DNA of 64,000 nucleotides from Hydrolagus affinis (Eukaryota): the NCBI GenBank assembly GCA_012026655.1, contig JAAILG010000027.1:124001-188000 (forward strand), read 5' to 3'. Below, piece after piece: positions 25,460-37,329 of the stretch; position 1 is the first letter of the stretch; the number at the start of each line of letters is the position of its first letter. A program made the position numbers and the translations under genes. The notes below the pieces were generated by a model. That model ran no database searches and was not told where the DNA came from. It saw nothing but the letters and a program-made list of their open reading frames with translations.

Positions 25460-25582
25460 CTGTTCTGACGTCAGTTTTGATGAAGTGTTGTGGACCCGAA
25501 ACATTGACTTACTTTCCTTTCTCCATACATGCTGCCTGACCTGCTGAGTGTTTCCAGCGACTTCTGTTTTTGTTTCAGATTC
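25460..25582 (+). mobile_element. Penelope-like element terminal repeat with degenerate hammerhead motif
   Basis: ttgatgaagtgttgtggacccgaaacattgac..gctgcctgacctgctgagtgtttccagc; homologous (reverse complement) to 61995-62130 and 37330-37430. Confidence 0.75.
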
Positions 25583-25815
25583 TACTGGCTTCCCTCAAGA
25601 TCCTCATATTCATTTACAAATCAATTCACGCTCTAGCACTACCCTACCTCTCCAATCAGCTTTCTTCCCACTCCGCTACCCACCACTTCCACTCAGCTGA
25701 CTCTGGCCGGCCACCTGCATACCCCTTGTCCCCTCCGGTTCACCATCAGTGGCCATACTTTCAGCCACTGTGTCCCAAAACTATGGAACTCTCCTTCTCA
25801 AGACCTCTGCCTTGA
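25583..25815 (+). mobile_element. L2 ORF2 3' fragment
   Basis: tcaagatcctcatattcatttacaaatc (KILIFIYKSIH) and ttcagccactgtgtcccaaaactatggaactc. Confidence 0.7.
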
Positions 25816-26439
25816 TCCTTTCCCAGGATTAGGTTTGGTATTTTCCTGATTTTAATGGCTCAGTGGCACGTGGAGTGTTCATGCACAGAACTAGAACAAA
25901 TTAATGATCTGCATTTAAAACATAACTTGACTGCAATAATTCTTGCAAAGATTCTTGAAGTTGTTTTGTGATTGTGAACTTATCCTAGTAAAAACCCCGA
26001 TCACAATTTGCTGACCTTGGCAATGTACAATGGGAAAAGCCCAATTCCAAAGTCAGTGAATTAATTAACCATTAGAGAATTGCTTCTTCCTAAGTCCAAT
26101 TGCAATTTTTACCCAAGTCGTGAGGTTGGCTTTGAGTGGAAGGAAACTGGCACAAAGGCTGGCAGTAAGTTCATTTAGAGCTGTATAGAAGAGATGCCTT
26201 AGTGTTATGGCTAGGAAATTGTTTCAACAGGAGTTGTTATGCTCTTTGAGCTCCATATAATACTTTTTTTTGCTTTGGGCTAATCACTATTTGTGCAAAT
26301 TCAGACCTGTGCATTTACATGTAACTGTTGTACCTAAGTTTAAATGCATCCTTTAATGTTACATTTTCAAGTAAAAATTGTTTGTAATTAATGTTAAGCA
26401 TGCTGGCATAGTTTTTCCAAACATGCTAAATAAAATAAT

Positions 26440-26612
26440 AATTTGGTCACTTAATCCACGGCTGTTTGTGGGACACTGCTCTGTGCAATTGGTGGCCATG
26501 TTTTGCCCACAAAATATTCAGTAAATTCACTTTACAGTGTATTCTGTGAAGTGCGTTGAGATGTCTCAACGACATGATAAGGCCCTATATCAAATGCAAG
26601 GATTATTATTAA
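26440..26612 (+). mobile_element. SINE 3' half
   Basis: ggctgtttgtgggacactgc..tcaaatgcaaggattattatt. Confidence 0.85.
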
Positions 26613-27528
26613 TACTGACCCCAAAGTGACAAATTCGTTATATACAAATAGAATTTTGGTGCTGTTGCTGTACATGGAAAACACAGAATAAGTCTCAAAG
26701 TTACTTCCTCCCCACCCCCTTTGTTTGTCTTGTGGCTCCTATCAATGATGTCATGCCTTACTGGTTGATCACAGCCACAGTAAATAACTCATACATTATT
26801 CAACTGCCACACTTGTACCTTCAGCACTATGTGACTGAAGATTAATACCCAGCACATAGCATGGCAGACAGTGTCCTCAGACATTAATTTAAGGTCATTT
26901 AACAGCGTTGAAAAGGGAGCACCGCCTGCTGAGTACAGGATTTATTTCATAACCTTTTCATTCATAATGTATGAAGCATTTATTTTTAATGCTTTAATCG
27001 TTACTAATGAAACAGGTATTGAAGAAAATGTATTTCAATGAATAGTACGTAGATGATCAGGGTATGGGGAGGTTTCTGCCTGTCTCTTGAACTGGTGGCT
27101 TTGCCAGTGCAGTTATGAAACAAAGGTAAGGAAAAGCAGTCTATATAACTCTGGCAGAGGAAACAAACCAAAATGGAAGAGGTTGATAAGTGGGTATGAA
27201 TTGGAACTATTTTCTGTCAAATAAATACTGTAATGAAACATCTATTTTCCAATGTTAATTTAAATCAAGTTCTCTTAGACCTTTCACAGTGAATTTAGCC
27301 AATGAAAAGTTATAACCTCCTTAAAATGGTCTAGACTGTTGGGTAATCTGATCCATAATATGCCAGTGGCCCAATTTCTGAGCCTAGAGATCACAGTATC
27401 ATTAACTGCTGTTTATTTGACCCACAGGAAATAAAGGCAACAACAAGCCTGCCCAAGGACATATCATTATGATCAAGGGACTCTGCATCTCCTATATTAA
27501 CTCATTCACCGCTAAACACACTAATTGA

Positions 27529-27933
27529 GGCAGCCTGCTTGCTCGAGTGGTAGAGCACTTGACTCACAAGCAAAGGTCATGAGTTCAAGATTCAGGGCTG
27601 CCTGACACACCAACTTGCTTGCCTTGGTTGAATGAGGTCTATCAGTTTTCTGGTACCCCTCCACAAGGTGCCGGACATAGTATTTGTGTTATTCTATCTT
27701 TAAATAAAAGAAGGCGCTCCTGGCTGTTTTGAGAGACACCTCCTCCGACACTATAAATCTCTGTCGTGGACTGTTAAGCAACCCAGGCCGCTTCACCCAG
27801 CAGGATGCAATTGATGGCAGGAGAGACACCAGAGAAAAACTGCAAGAGAAAGAGATACCATTTGGCATTGTTTCCATCATGGTCTCTGAGCCCTGGAAGA
27901 TAGTTGATAGCACCACGACTGCAGTATGATGAT
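27529..27933 (+). mobile_element. Distinct tRNA-head SINE-like element
   Basis: GGCAGCC..GGCTGCC acceptor-like stem (27529-27602), box A gagtggtagagc, box B gagttcaaga, CAC anticodon-like loop; ends in tgatgat. Confidence 0.5.
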
Positions 27934-28551
27934 CTTATGTCATAGAGAAATCATAAGGGAGCATTTGGAGGTTGAATGAATTACTGACTAATGAAGGATC
28001 ACAAACGCATGACCTCAACTTTTATTAAAAATCAGTTCATTGTTCAATTATATTTCTTATGTCCTGCTTTTGAACATCAATTGTGGGGAACAATAAATGT
28101 TTGGGTTTTTCTTTTGTGAACTGCATGTTTCATAAAAGAATGACGTTTCTTTCCTCCCACAGATCTTAATCACAGTTCAGTATTTCCTGTAGTTTCTTGA
28201 ACAGTGTTGCCACAAATTTTCAGATAACCTTATTTTGGAGTCGGCTGGTGTCCTGGGTTCACACATTGATCTCTGATACTTGGTACTCACTAGGTTGAAT
28301 CCAGACTGATTGTATAAAAATTTTCCTCTTTATGCTAGACTTCTAAATTTGTATAGTTTCAATCCAGTTTCTATTTTGACCGCACTTTCAATCACTGCCC
28401 AGGCAACAATGACGAATGCTCCTGACGTGAAAGCCACTATATAAATTGTACTGTATTGCACAGCAAGTTTACACCCCAAAACTCTGCTGGCAGCTCAGCA
28501 CTGAAAGTGATGTTTCTCAGAGTGGCTGGTATGTGAAATGTTGCCTTGTGC

Positions 28552-28630
28552 AACAAAAACAACAAAATTACATTTATAGAGTGCCTTTCACATCGGGAGG
28601 ACGTCCCAAGGTGTTGAACAGTCAGGTAGA
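28552..28630 (-). mobile_element. L2 3' tail
   Basis: aacaaaattacatttatagagtgcctttcacatcgggaggacgtcccaaggtg. Confidence 0.85.
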
Positions 28631-28979
28631 GCAAAGGGACTTGATCACCTGATGAGTTGCATGTGCATTGTAAGGTCTAAATTGTACTATTTCTTCATGG
28701 GATTCCTGAGTCACGCAAATAATGATTCCTTCCAGGACCAGGAATTAGGTCATATTGACCCTCGGGAATCCTGCTCTGATCTACCTGAGCAATCTATTTC
28801 CAGAGCGGTTTTCGAATAGTTCGACGGGAATTCCTAGCAAGATTCTTTATTAAGGAATCCCTTTATAAAAATATACTGCAAAGATGTATTCTGCATCTAA
28901 TCTGTGAAGGTAAACTTGAATTTGGGGAGTAAGCACTGGGTGCCATATAGTGTGAAAAATATTTAATTCCCCAGCAATG

Positions 28980-29213
28980 ACATTGCTCTGGAACTCCATC
29001 CCACATTCCCTTTCCCCCTGCTTCCTCCCTTGCCTCTTTCAAGGCCGGTCTCAAGAACCTCCTCTTTGATCGTGCTTCTGCTGCCTTCCCAACTCTCTCC
29101 CACCCCTCACCCTACCCTGCTCCACTCCCTTGCTCGGGTCCTGACCTAACTGTTCAGCGCTTTGGGACGTCATCCCGACTGAAAGGCACTCTATAAATGT
29201 AATATTGTTGTTG
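28980..29213 (+). mobile_element. L2 3' fragment
   Basis: ctctggaactccatccc..ttcaaggccggtctcaaga..gggacgtcatcccgactgaaaggcactctataaatg(ttg)n. Confidence 0.85.
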
Positions 29214-31070
29214 CTCCAGTAGAATCGGGTTCACATTCAGTTGAAAATAAATAAAAAATAAGTGACAAAATTAGGTTTTGAAAATAGTTCCCCTTGCATG
29301 ATTGTGTTTTTATGACCAATGCTAACATTCTTGCTCCTAATATCTTTGAACTTCAAAACACATTGTATTCGGATAAAATGAACTTGTGGAAATACATTGA
29401 AGCACATGCTAGCCTAGAGGTGCACACCTCAAAAATGCCCACAAATCATGTTACACAATGTTTACATATCAGGCTCTAAATGTTCTCATTATTATCATTG
29501 AACATCGACCACTGTGGTTAATGTATCGAGTTTTACATACTTCAACAACTGTATTCAATAATGGATTTGAATTTCCATTTGAATAATATATTTATTGATA
29601 TATTTTTCAACATTACAAACTCCTGCTGACTCCAGGGTATTTTTTCTTTGAAATGCATCAACCGCAACGTTATTCTCCGGTCTTCTAGATAATGTCCCGA
29701 ACATAGAATATCAATGGCAAGAGCAGTCTTGGTCTAGTTGAATGCATTTCTCAAAACCTATTAGGAATATATTTAATCCTTTAGATGTTCTTCTGACACT
29801 GCAGACTCGGAGGAAAGAACAAACCTGATTTCAATCATTTAGATACCAAAATCGACTGATTGACAAATGTGGTGGTAAGTATCCTTGCTAAATGACTGGG
29901 CAGTTCCTTTCACGTACAATTGATTCATGGGAATCTTATGTTGACCCTTCTTTTCTTATGATTACTCTTGTCTTATCGCATTTCATCGTGTTGTTTTTCA
30001 TTTTCCTGCAGGTTTCACTGCCTCATGGCAAGCTGGAAACATGATTGTCACCCACTTGCTCCTTCGCTCATTGATGTAAGGGCACAAATTGGCTGAGCAC
30101 AGTGTTCCCTGTTGTCCATGGACCTGGCAGTTGTTGGCACAATTTATATTGGAAAATCCTCGAATGGCCCTGTGGATAATGGCACTGTCTAAACTAAAAC
30201 AGACTGCATAATTGCATGTTCAATTTGTGAAACAACTCTAGTAAGATGGACTCTACCAAGAAATCCCTAAGAATCTGCAATTGACATCATTTGCAAATGA
30301 CATCATTTGCTATCCAGTGTCTCTTCTGGGAGGAGAAGATCTGTGGACATCAGGTGAGGAACCCTTTGTAACCTCACTCCTGCAAAGTACTCTTGGACGC
30401 TACTTTGCATAAGGACAAGTTGTTATTGTCAACTATTGAGTCAGTCATCCTTACTGGAGAGGCAGAGGAAGGGAGATAATACAAATAGAATATATTTATG
30501 ATGCCATTGCTGTCTCCAGCAGCAGCCTCACTTTCATGGCATAAAACAAAACTAAAGGCATTTTCAAATATCTTTTCGGCTAAGTTTAAAAATTAAGCTA
30601 CTTAATTAAGATGTGTTCCAATCCATAACAGACGTAGCCTATGATGCAGTGGTTATTCTGTGACCCTGAGGTAATGCAGAAGGCATCTCCTGACCTTGGG
30701 TCACATGGGGTTATCAGTACCATTTTCCACTGTAAAATGATCAATTTCTTTCATTAGTGTAGCACACAATCCTGTGGTATAAATAGAATTACCAACCGGG
30801 GAGTACTACAATGCTGAAAAATAACTCATCTTGTGACGTTGAGTCGCACTTATCCTGGTTGCCCTCAGGCCTGTACGTTACATCATTCAGTGAATCATTT
30901 CGCATCTTGAGCCGTTTACTGATGCCATTGGAATTGTGCATTTTAAAGGACTTGTTTTTAAATAGAGTGTGTTTTCTATCTATATGTAGGCCTTACAGGA
31001 TCCGTTGTTGTGAAGCGCTCTGAGATGCCATCCAGTGTGGAGGGCACTATATAAATCGAAGTTGGTGTTG

Positions 31071-31340
31071 TTACAAGTGAGAGACCTGGTTTCAATTCCA
31101 GGCAGAGTGAAACCTTGGGCAAGTTTCCTTACTCCACATTCCTGATAATAATCCCTCAAAAAAAAAAAAATTGGTCATTTCAATATACGAAATGTTTGTG
31201 GGACACTGAGCAATTGGCTGCAGCATTTCGCCCACATATATATAGAAAATTCACTTTACAATATATTCTATGAAGCACTTTGAGACATGTAGAAGACATG
31301 AAAGCACTATATGAAATGGAAGGATTATTATTATAATAAT
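31071..31340 (+). mobile_element. 5'-truncated tRNA-head SINE (duplication copy A)
   Basis: Matches the family from the anticodon region to the (TTA)n tail; directly preceded by an L2 tail at ~31000-31070. Confidence 0.85.
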
Positions 31341-32505
31341 AGCTGAGAGTTCATAAAGAAGATATTACATTGTTATTTCTGTCTAGATCTTCTCTAACAC
31401 ATACACACTGAATGGAGGAGCAGAACATCCATTTCATTTTAAGGTTGACTTGACCCCACAACAAAAAACACACAACCTATAAAAAAGTATTGCTTTTATT
31501 TAACAGTAAGCAACAGAGAGAGGGTGATCTTCTAGTGTGCTTTACAAATTTATATTCAGTTTCCTTGGGATCCTTCCATTCCTGACATAGATCATTCAAT
31601 GACACCCCTCCAACAATCAGCACCATTCAAGGACCCATTCACAACATACAACAAAACAACAAACTGCATTTATATAGTGACTTTCACGTTGGGAGGATAT
31701 CCCAAGAATGACAGTAAAAGGCTTGCAGCTGAAGCTTGAATCAAGGAATGGATGGCGGGGGGTGGGTGGGTGTTATATATCATTCGATGACTCAATCCCC
31801 GCCCCTGCACCCCCCAAACACTTAGCATCATTCAATGCCCACTTCCCCCAGCACAAAGAACCATTAGGTGACCCCCAATACTCAGCAGGAAGCAAGACTA
31901 AGTGAACGTTGTTTCCAAGTTATCTCACCATGTGACTGATGACCCAAACCACTGTCCGATGATCTCTCCTTCCTTTTGGAGGCAGGTTCATGGGCATTCC
32001 AGGCCAGCTTGAGTTTGGGAAATGTGCGGAAAGCCATAGGGACTTCAACACATTCCAATCACACTGCAGAGACACATGGTAGTTCCACCGACACAGAAAT
32101 ATATCAAGTGATTCAATACAATCACGTGCCATCAGCCAGCCACTGTTTCCTCTAAATAAATGAATGTAATGCTATACCACTGGCATCATAGTATTTGGCT
32201 CTGTGGCCAACATTCCTATCAAAGGAGTATGGTATTATTTTCAGTCTGAATATAATCAGCCATTTTTGTACCTACCCACACATGCACATATACACCCACA
32301 CACTGCTCAATGTTTACAACAATTACAGCTTCTGAATATTCTTGCTTTACCTTTAACAACGTATGCTAAGATGCAGTACAGTACTAGGCATTTTAAGAAG
32401 TTGTTGTGAGGCTTGTTGAGACTTTCTCCTGAAAGGCGGTATATCAAATGCAAGGATTAGTATTTTTATTTATAAACATCCCAGCTTGTATAGTACAACA
32501 AAAAA

Positions 32506-33014
32506 AGAGTCCTGTTGCTCAGCGGTTAGAGTACTTGCCTTACAAGTGAGAGAATTAGGTTCAATTCCAGGCAGGATGAAACCTTCGGCAAGTTTCCTTA
32601 CTCCACACTCCTAATAAAAATCCCTCAAAAAATAAAATTGGTCATTTCAATATACGACTGAATGTGGGACACTGCTGTGTGCATTTTGCCCACATAACAG
32701 TAAAAGCCCATTTATCTGGCACCTCAGGACCTGGCCAATGCCACTTAAAGCGAGTGCCGGATATTCGGCTGAAAACACACACACAAAAAAATATATTTTT
32801 AAAAAATGTATTGTGCCAGATAAATTCCGGTTAATCGAATGCGGACCTTTTTTTGACGTGCCGGTTATACGGAAGTTATGGTTGATCGGGTCATGGATAA
32901 ACAGTCTTTTACTGTATATGGAAAATTTACTTTACAGTATATTCTATAGAGCACTTTGAGACGTCTAGAAGACATGAAAAGTGCTATATGAAATGCAAGG
33001 ATTATTATTATAAT
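32506..33014 (+). mobile_element. tRNA-head SINE interrupted by a MITE (duplication copy B)
   Basis: Full head gagtcctgttgctcagcggttagag; SINE resumes after 32914. Confidence 0.85.
32698..32914. mobile_element. Tigger/mariner-like MITE (217 bp)
   Basis: Imperfect TIRs CAGTAAAAGCCCATTTATC / GATAAACAGTCTTTTACTG, followed by TA; absent from the paralogous site in copy A. Confidence 0.85.
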
Positions 33015-35109
33015 AGCTGAGAGTTCAAAAGGAAGATATTACGTTGTTACTTCTGTCTAGATGCTCTCTAACACATACACACTGAACGGAGGAGCAGAAA
33101 TCCATTTCATTTTAGCGTTGACTTGACCCCACAACACAAGGGTAACTGATTAGAAAATGTCATAGAGGGCAGTACCTACTCATTTGGGTGAAGCAATTTG
33201 ATAGAAAACTTACAGTTAGTGCACCACAAACTATAAACACATAGAAAGGAACAGACGCTGCATTTTTGATCATTCCTGCTAGCTGCAGACCACTATACTG
33301 TATTTGGTTTCAACCAAACCTCAGACAAGCAATGACGTTCTCTAAAGCTGCAATAGGAAAGGAAGAACAGATGAATAGCTTTGGCATCCTCCAACAACAA
33401 CAATGTGTATTTATACAGCGCCCTTCACACAGGGTAGCATCCCTGAGTTGTTCAAACCATTCAAACCACCTTGAAAACAATCTTTTTTTGTAAAAAATAG
33501 CGGTCGGAATCAGGACTTGATGATGAGCTCCTGTATCTGATAACATCGCCAAATCCAAATAACAATTGCTTGAAGGAAGTCACTCTTTGCACAGTGAGAG
33601 AACTGAACAAGAAATGGACCCAAGTTCCGCAGAAGCAGAACACTGTACAAACACTGCACACCAGCCCTCCCGTCCAGTAACAGCATTTCAGAACTCACTT
33701 ACCCCACAGGCCAAGGCTTGTATTGGACCACTAAGCTGGAGTACCATCTACCACCTCGCAAGGAAAATCCAAATTTCCCTGCAAAGGGAAAGGGTGGAGT
33801 GGCGTTGAGTACCTGTGTAGAACTCAACACCTGGGCCGTTTCAGCCTCTACAGACTGAAGGAGGACATGTTTTGAGAAGTGACATGGTGGAGTAGTGCAG
33901 TAAACATTCTGCAGTTCTATAAAATAAATACGCTAGTTCATAAGCACAATAAATGAGAATTGGGAGCAGCAGGATGCACTGGTTTTGGATGCATGAAGAA
34001 GAAGCTCTATAACCCACAAGTGACAATGTCACCGAGCAATCTCCATTAAACATTGACAATATTATGTAACACAGGCTCGCACCTATAGGCTCATGCAATT
34101 ACATACACACATCTACCTCACATACACAATGACACACAGAAACACACACAATTTAAATCTCACATACAACACAATCTTATTCACATACGCAATCATACAT
34201 AGAATCTCAATCTAACACATACAAACACACACAGACACATTTCTAATCATGTACAAAAACATTTACAAAGAGTAATTGATTATTTATGGTATCACTGAGC
34301 AGATAATCTGCTATCACAATGTGCCCTTTAAACTGTTGTCACAAAACAGCTCAGTGGTTCTCAAACATGTAGTTAAAGTGAATAAATCTCAACTAATACA
34401 TTTGTATGGAATTCCCTTTAGTGTTGATCTGACTTGAACTTTACATTGAATCATCAAACAAACAAATCTACACTACACGTCCGATTTAAATACAGGTTTA
34501 AGGGCATAAATTTGATTTTGAGCCCCACTCCCCAAATCTCGACTACGTTATGATTTTCAGAAATGAAATTGATGGCTTTGGTGACTGCCCTATAAATCCC
34601 AATCAATTTCAACAAATATAAGCCTCAAAAAATCTAAGTTGAAAATGTCTTAGTCGGTACTTTAAGCTTTATAATGTTATTAAAGAGCCGACTGCACCGT
34701 TGAATCTTTTATTGACAATAATAAACCAGTCACCATTCAGCACCAGGTAACTAAACATTTCACATGCACTCAGAACATACATATTGGTAAAGTTCTCCTC
34801 AACTCTGGCAAATCTATACAGCGCAAAATATGCATCCTTGCCCCAAATCACTTCCAGTGCCAAAGAGGCATAGACATCGCAAATGGATTGTGGTGCGCTG
34901 CTCATTACATCATCTTCTTTAGTCATGTGCTTCAGGATCATGGCCTCTCATTGCACCTTCCTGTCTCAATCACCAGTTGACCCCATCCATCACAAAATAA
35001 GAAATCACTGTATTACAAACCAACTGTTCTCACTGTTCATAAATTACTAGAGAGAATACTTCTTGTAATATTATAACATTTGCTGATGATATCGAGCAGT
35101 GTGAGCAGG

Positions 35110-35890
35110 TCACTAATGTAATTAAACAGATGGGCATGAGGCAGATGGATTTGAATGTAAATAAATGCATTGTTGAAAAGGAAAGACGAAAGAGATACAT
35201 AAGATGAAGAGGTATTCATTAGCAAAGGTGAGGAAGCAAAGGATTTAAGTGTAATTAATGATTATTCACAGAGTGATATCCCAGTCGATGTGATCAACAA
35301 AGCTACTCAAATGCTCAGTTTTATCTCGAGGGCATTTGACCATAAGTCAAGAGTAGTTATTCTAAACTTGTAAAGATCACTGTTCAGGACACATTTGGAA
35401 TAATATTTGAAAGCAGCAGCAGAAAACTGCTGAGCCAGAAGTCCATCTCAGGCCTGACCACTGAGAGTTCTGTTAGGGAAGTCCACCCCAGGCCAATATG
35501 ATATGATGAATGTTGCATGGGCTTCAAATTTGGCTTCACTGCATACCATTTCAGCACCTTACCATCAAGAAGACATTTTATGCATTTGGAAAGGTTGAGA
35601 AAAGAACAAGGATTATTCCTGAATTTGGCATTGTAAGATAGAATGAGAAGCCAACAGATCTGAACTTATTTTCATTCAAAACATAAAGCTTGAGATGGCA
35701 ACAGGGGATGTGATCTAGTCCTGGAACATGCTGAGAGGTATAGACCAAGTACGTGTTGAATTAGAATGTGAAGACAGAATGTGAGACACAGCACTACAGA
35801 ACAGGAGGATTGGGTTTATCACAGACGAGTAGATGTAAAGACTAGAGTTTTAACAAAAGCTGTTGATACTTAGCTGTGCAGCTCCTCTAA
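35110..35890 (+). mobile_element. Degraded CR1 LINE ORF2 fragment
   Basis: Relics of W.M.FN..KC, DLGV, KA..MLG.I.R, LY.SLVRPHLEY motifs (ggcagatggatttgaatg, caacaaagctactcaaatgctc, cactgttcaggacacatttggaata). Confidence 0.65.
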
Positions 35891-35894
35891 AAAC

Positions 35895-36448
35895 AATCTG
35901 GGTTTCATCCTGAACTGTACTTTCTCTCCCACATCTGCACCATGAACAGTATTGCCTTCCACCACCTCCACAACATAGCCAGATTCTGCCACTGCTTCAC
36001 CCTTCAGGCTGATGAAACCATCACCCACGCATTTGTCACATCGAGGTTTGAATACGGAAACTCTCTCCTCATCGGCCTTCCCAGCTCCTCCCTCACAAGC
36101 TGCAGATCATCCAAAACTCTGCAGCTTGTGTCCTCTCCATGCCAGGTTTTGTGACCGCATAACTCTCACCCTTGCCTGGCTCCATTGGCTCCCCATCCCT
36201 CAGAGGATCGAATTCAAGATCCTCGTCCTCACTTTCAAGGCCAACCATGGTTTTGCTGCTTACTACCTCTCTGATCTGCTGGTCTCAAGACCTTCCCTTT
36301 CCATCATGCCTTCTGCCACCCTCCCACCTCTCTCTTTCCCCCCCCTCCACCCCTCCCCCAAGCTCGGGTCTCGACCCCTGACTGTTCAGCGGCTCGGGAC
36401 GTCCTCCCGACGTGAAAGGAGCTCTACAAATGGAATGTTGTTGTTGTT
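35895..36448 (+). mobile_element. L2 LINE 3' fragment
   Basis: HHLHNIAR, HAFVTSRFEYGNSLLIGLP, LHWLPIPQRIEFKILVLTFK; tail gggacgtcctcccgacgtgaaagg..(ttg)n. Confidence 0.9.
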
Positions 36449-37329
36449 TAGAAAGATTAGGATGATGGGACATTAGTTTGAAGGGTCAAACAGACAGTCC
36501 ACAGTTCTTACAGATAGACTGAAGTTGAGCAAACCTATCAGGAGAAGGAAAAGTGAACCGTGAGCAGAGGAGTCCTAAGATATGTCAGAGGAGTTGCTGC
36601 AGCTCAGTGTGACATACTGGGTTATCAGTAGAATCACTGTGACCCCCTTCTCAATAAGTAACAAGTGTATAGTTGGATAAGAAATCCAAGGAATGGAGCA
36701 TCTGACAAACATAATGTGCAATAGAATTGATTTTTGCAGTACAACTGTACAGAGTGTACAGAGGCTTAAGTGCCTCTCACTCTGCCTTACCGATCCCTCC
36801 CCACTTCTATCTCTCTCACTATCTTTCTCACTATCTCTCTCGGTCTCTTTTTCTCACACACTCTCTCAGTCTCTCTCCCACTGAATTGCTCTAAGGCAAA
36901 GGAGAATTCCAACCCATGTTCCAGAGATGGTCCCCATACAACTGCCAAGGTGAGAAAACAGGGGGAAGATGGGTTCAAAATTGTGCAATACAAACAATAA
37001 GTTGGAACAGACCTGATAAACTATAAAATGATTTAAAGTAATATAAATTATAAAGCTTCTTAAGTCATTATTTATCTGATTTTTGACACTACATCTTAAA
37101 TCATATTTGCATGCCTGCAAAACTATTTTACAACGAGATTTTGTTTTCTAAACAGTTGCCCATTACAGGAATTTCCTTCAAATCATGCTTCAAATCAACA
37201 GAAACAGGAATAATACAATTTATATTCATACAGTAATTTTCACATCAGGAAGACATCTCAAAGAGCTTCACCTGAGTGTCCTCCTTGAGACGTCCTCCTG
37301 ATGTGAAAGGTGCTATTCAAACGTAAACA

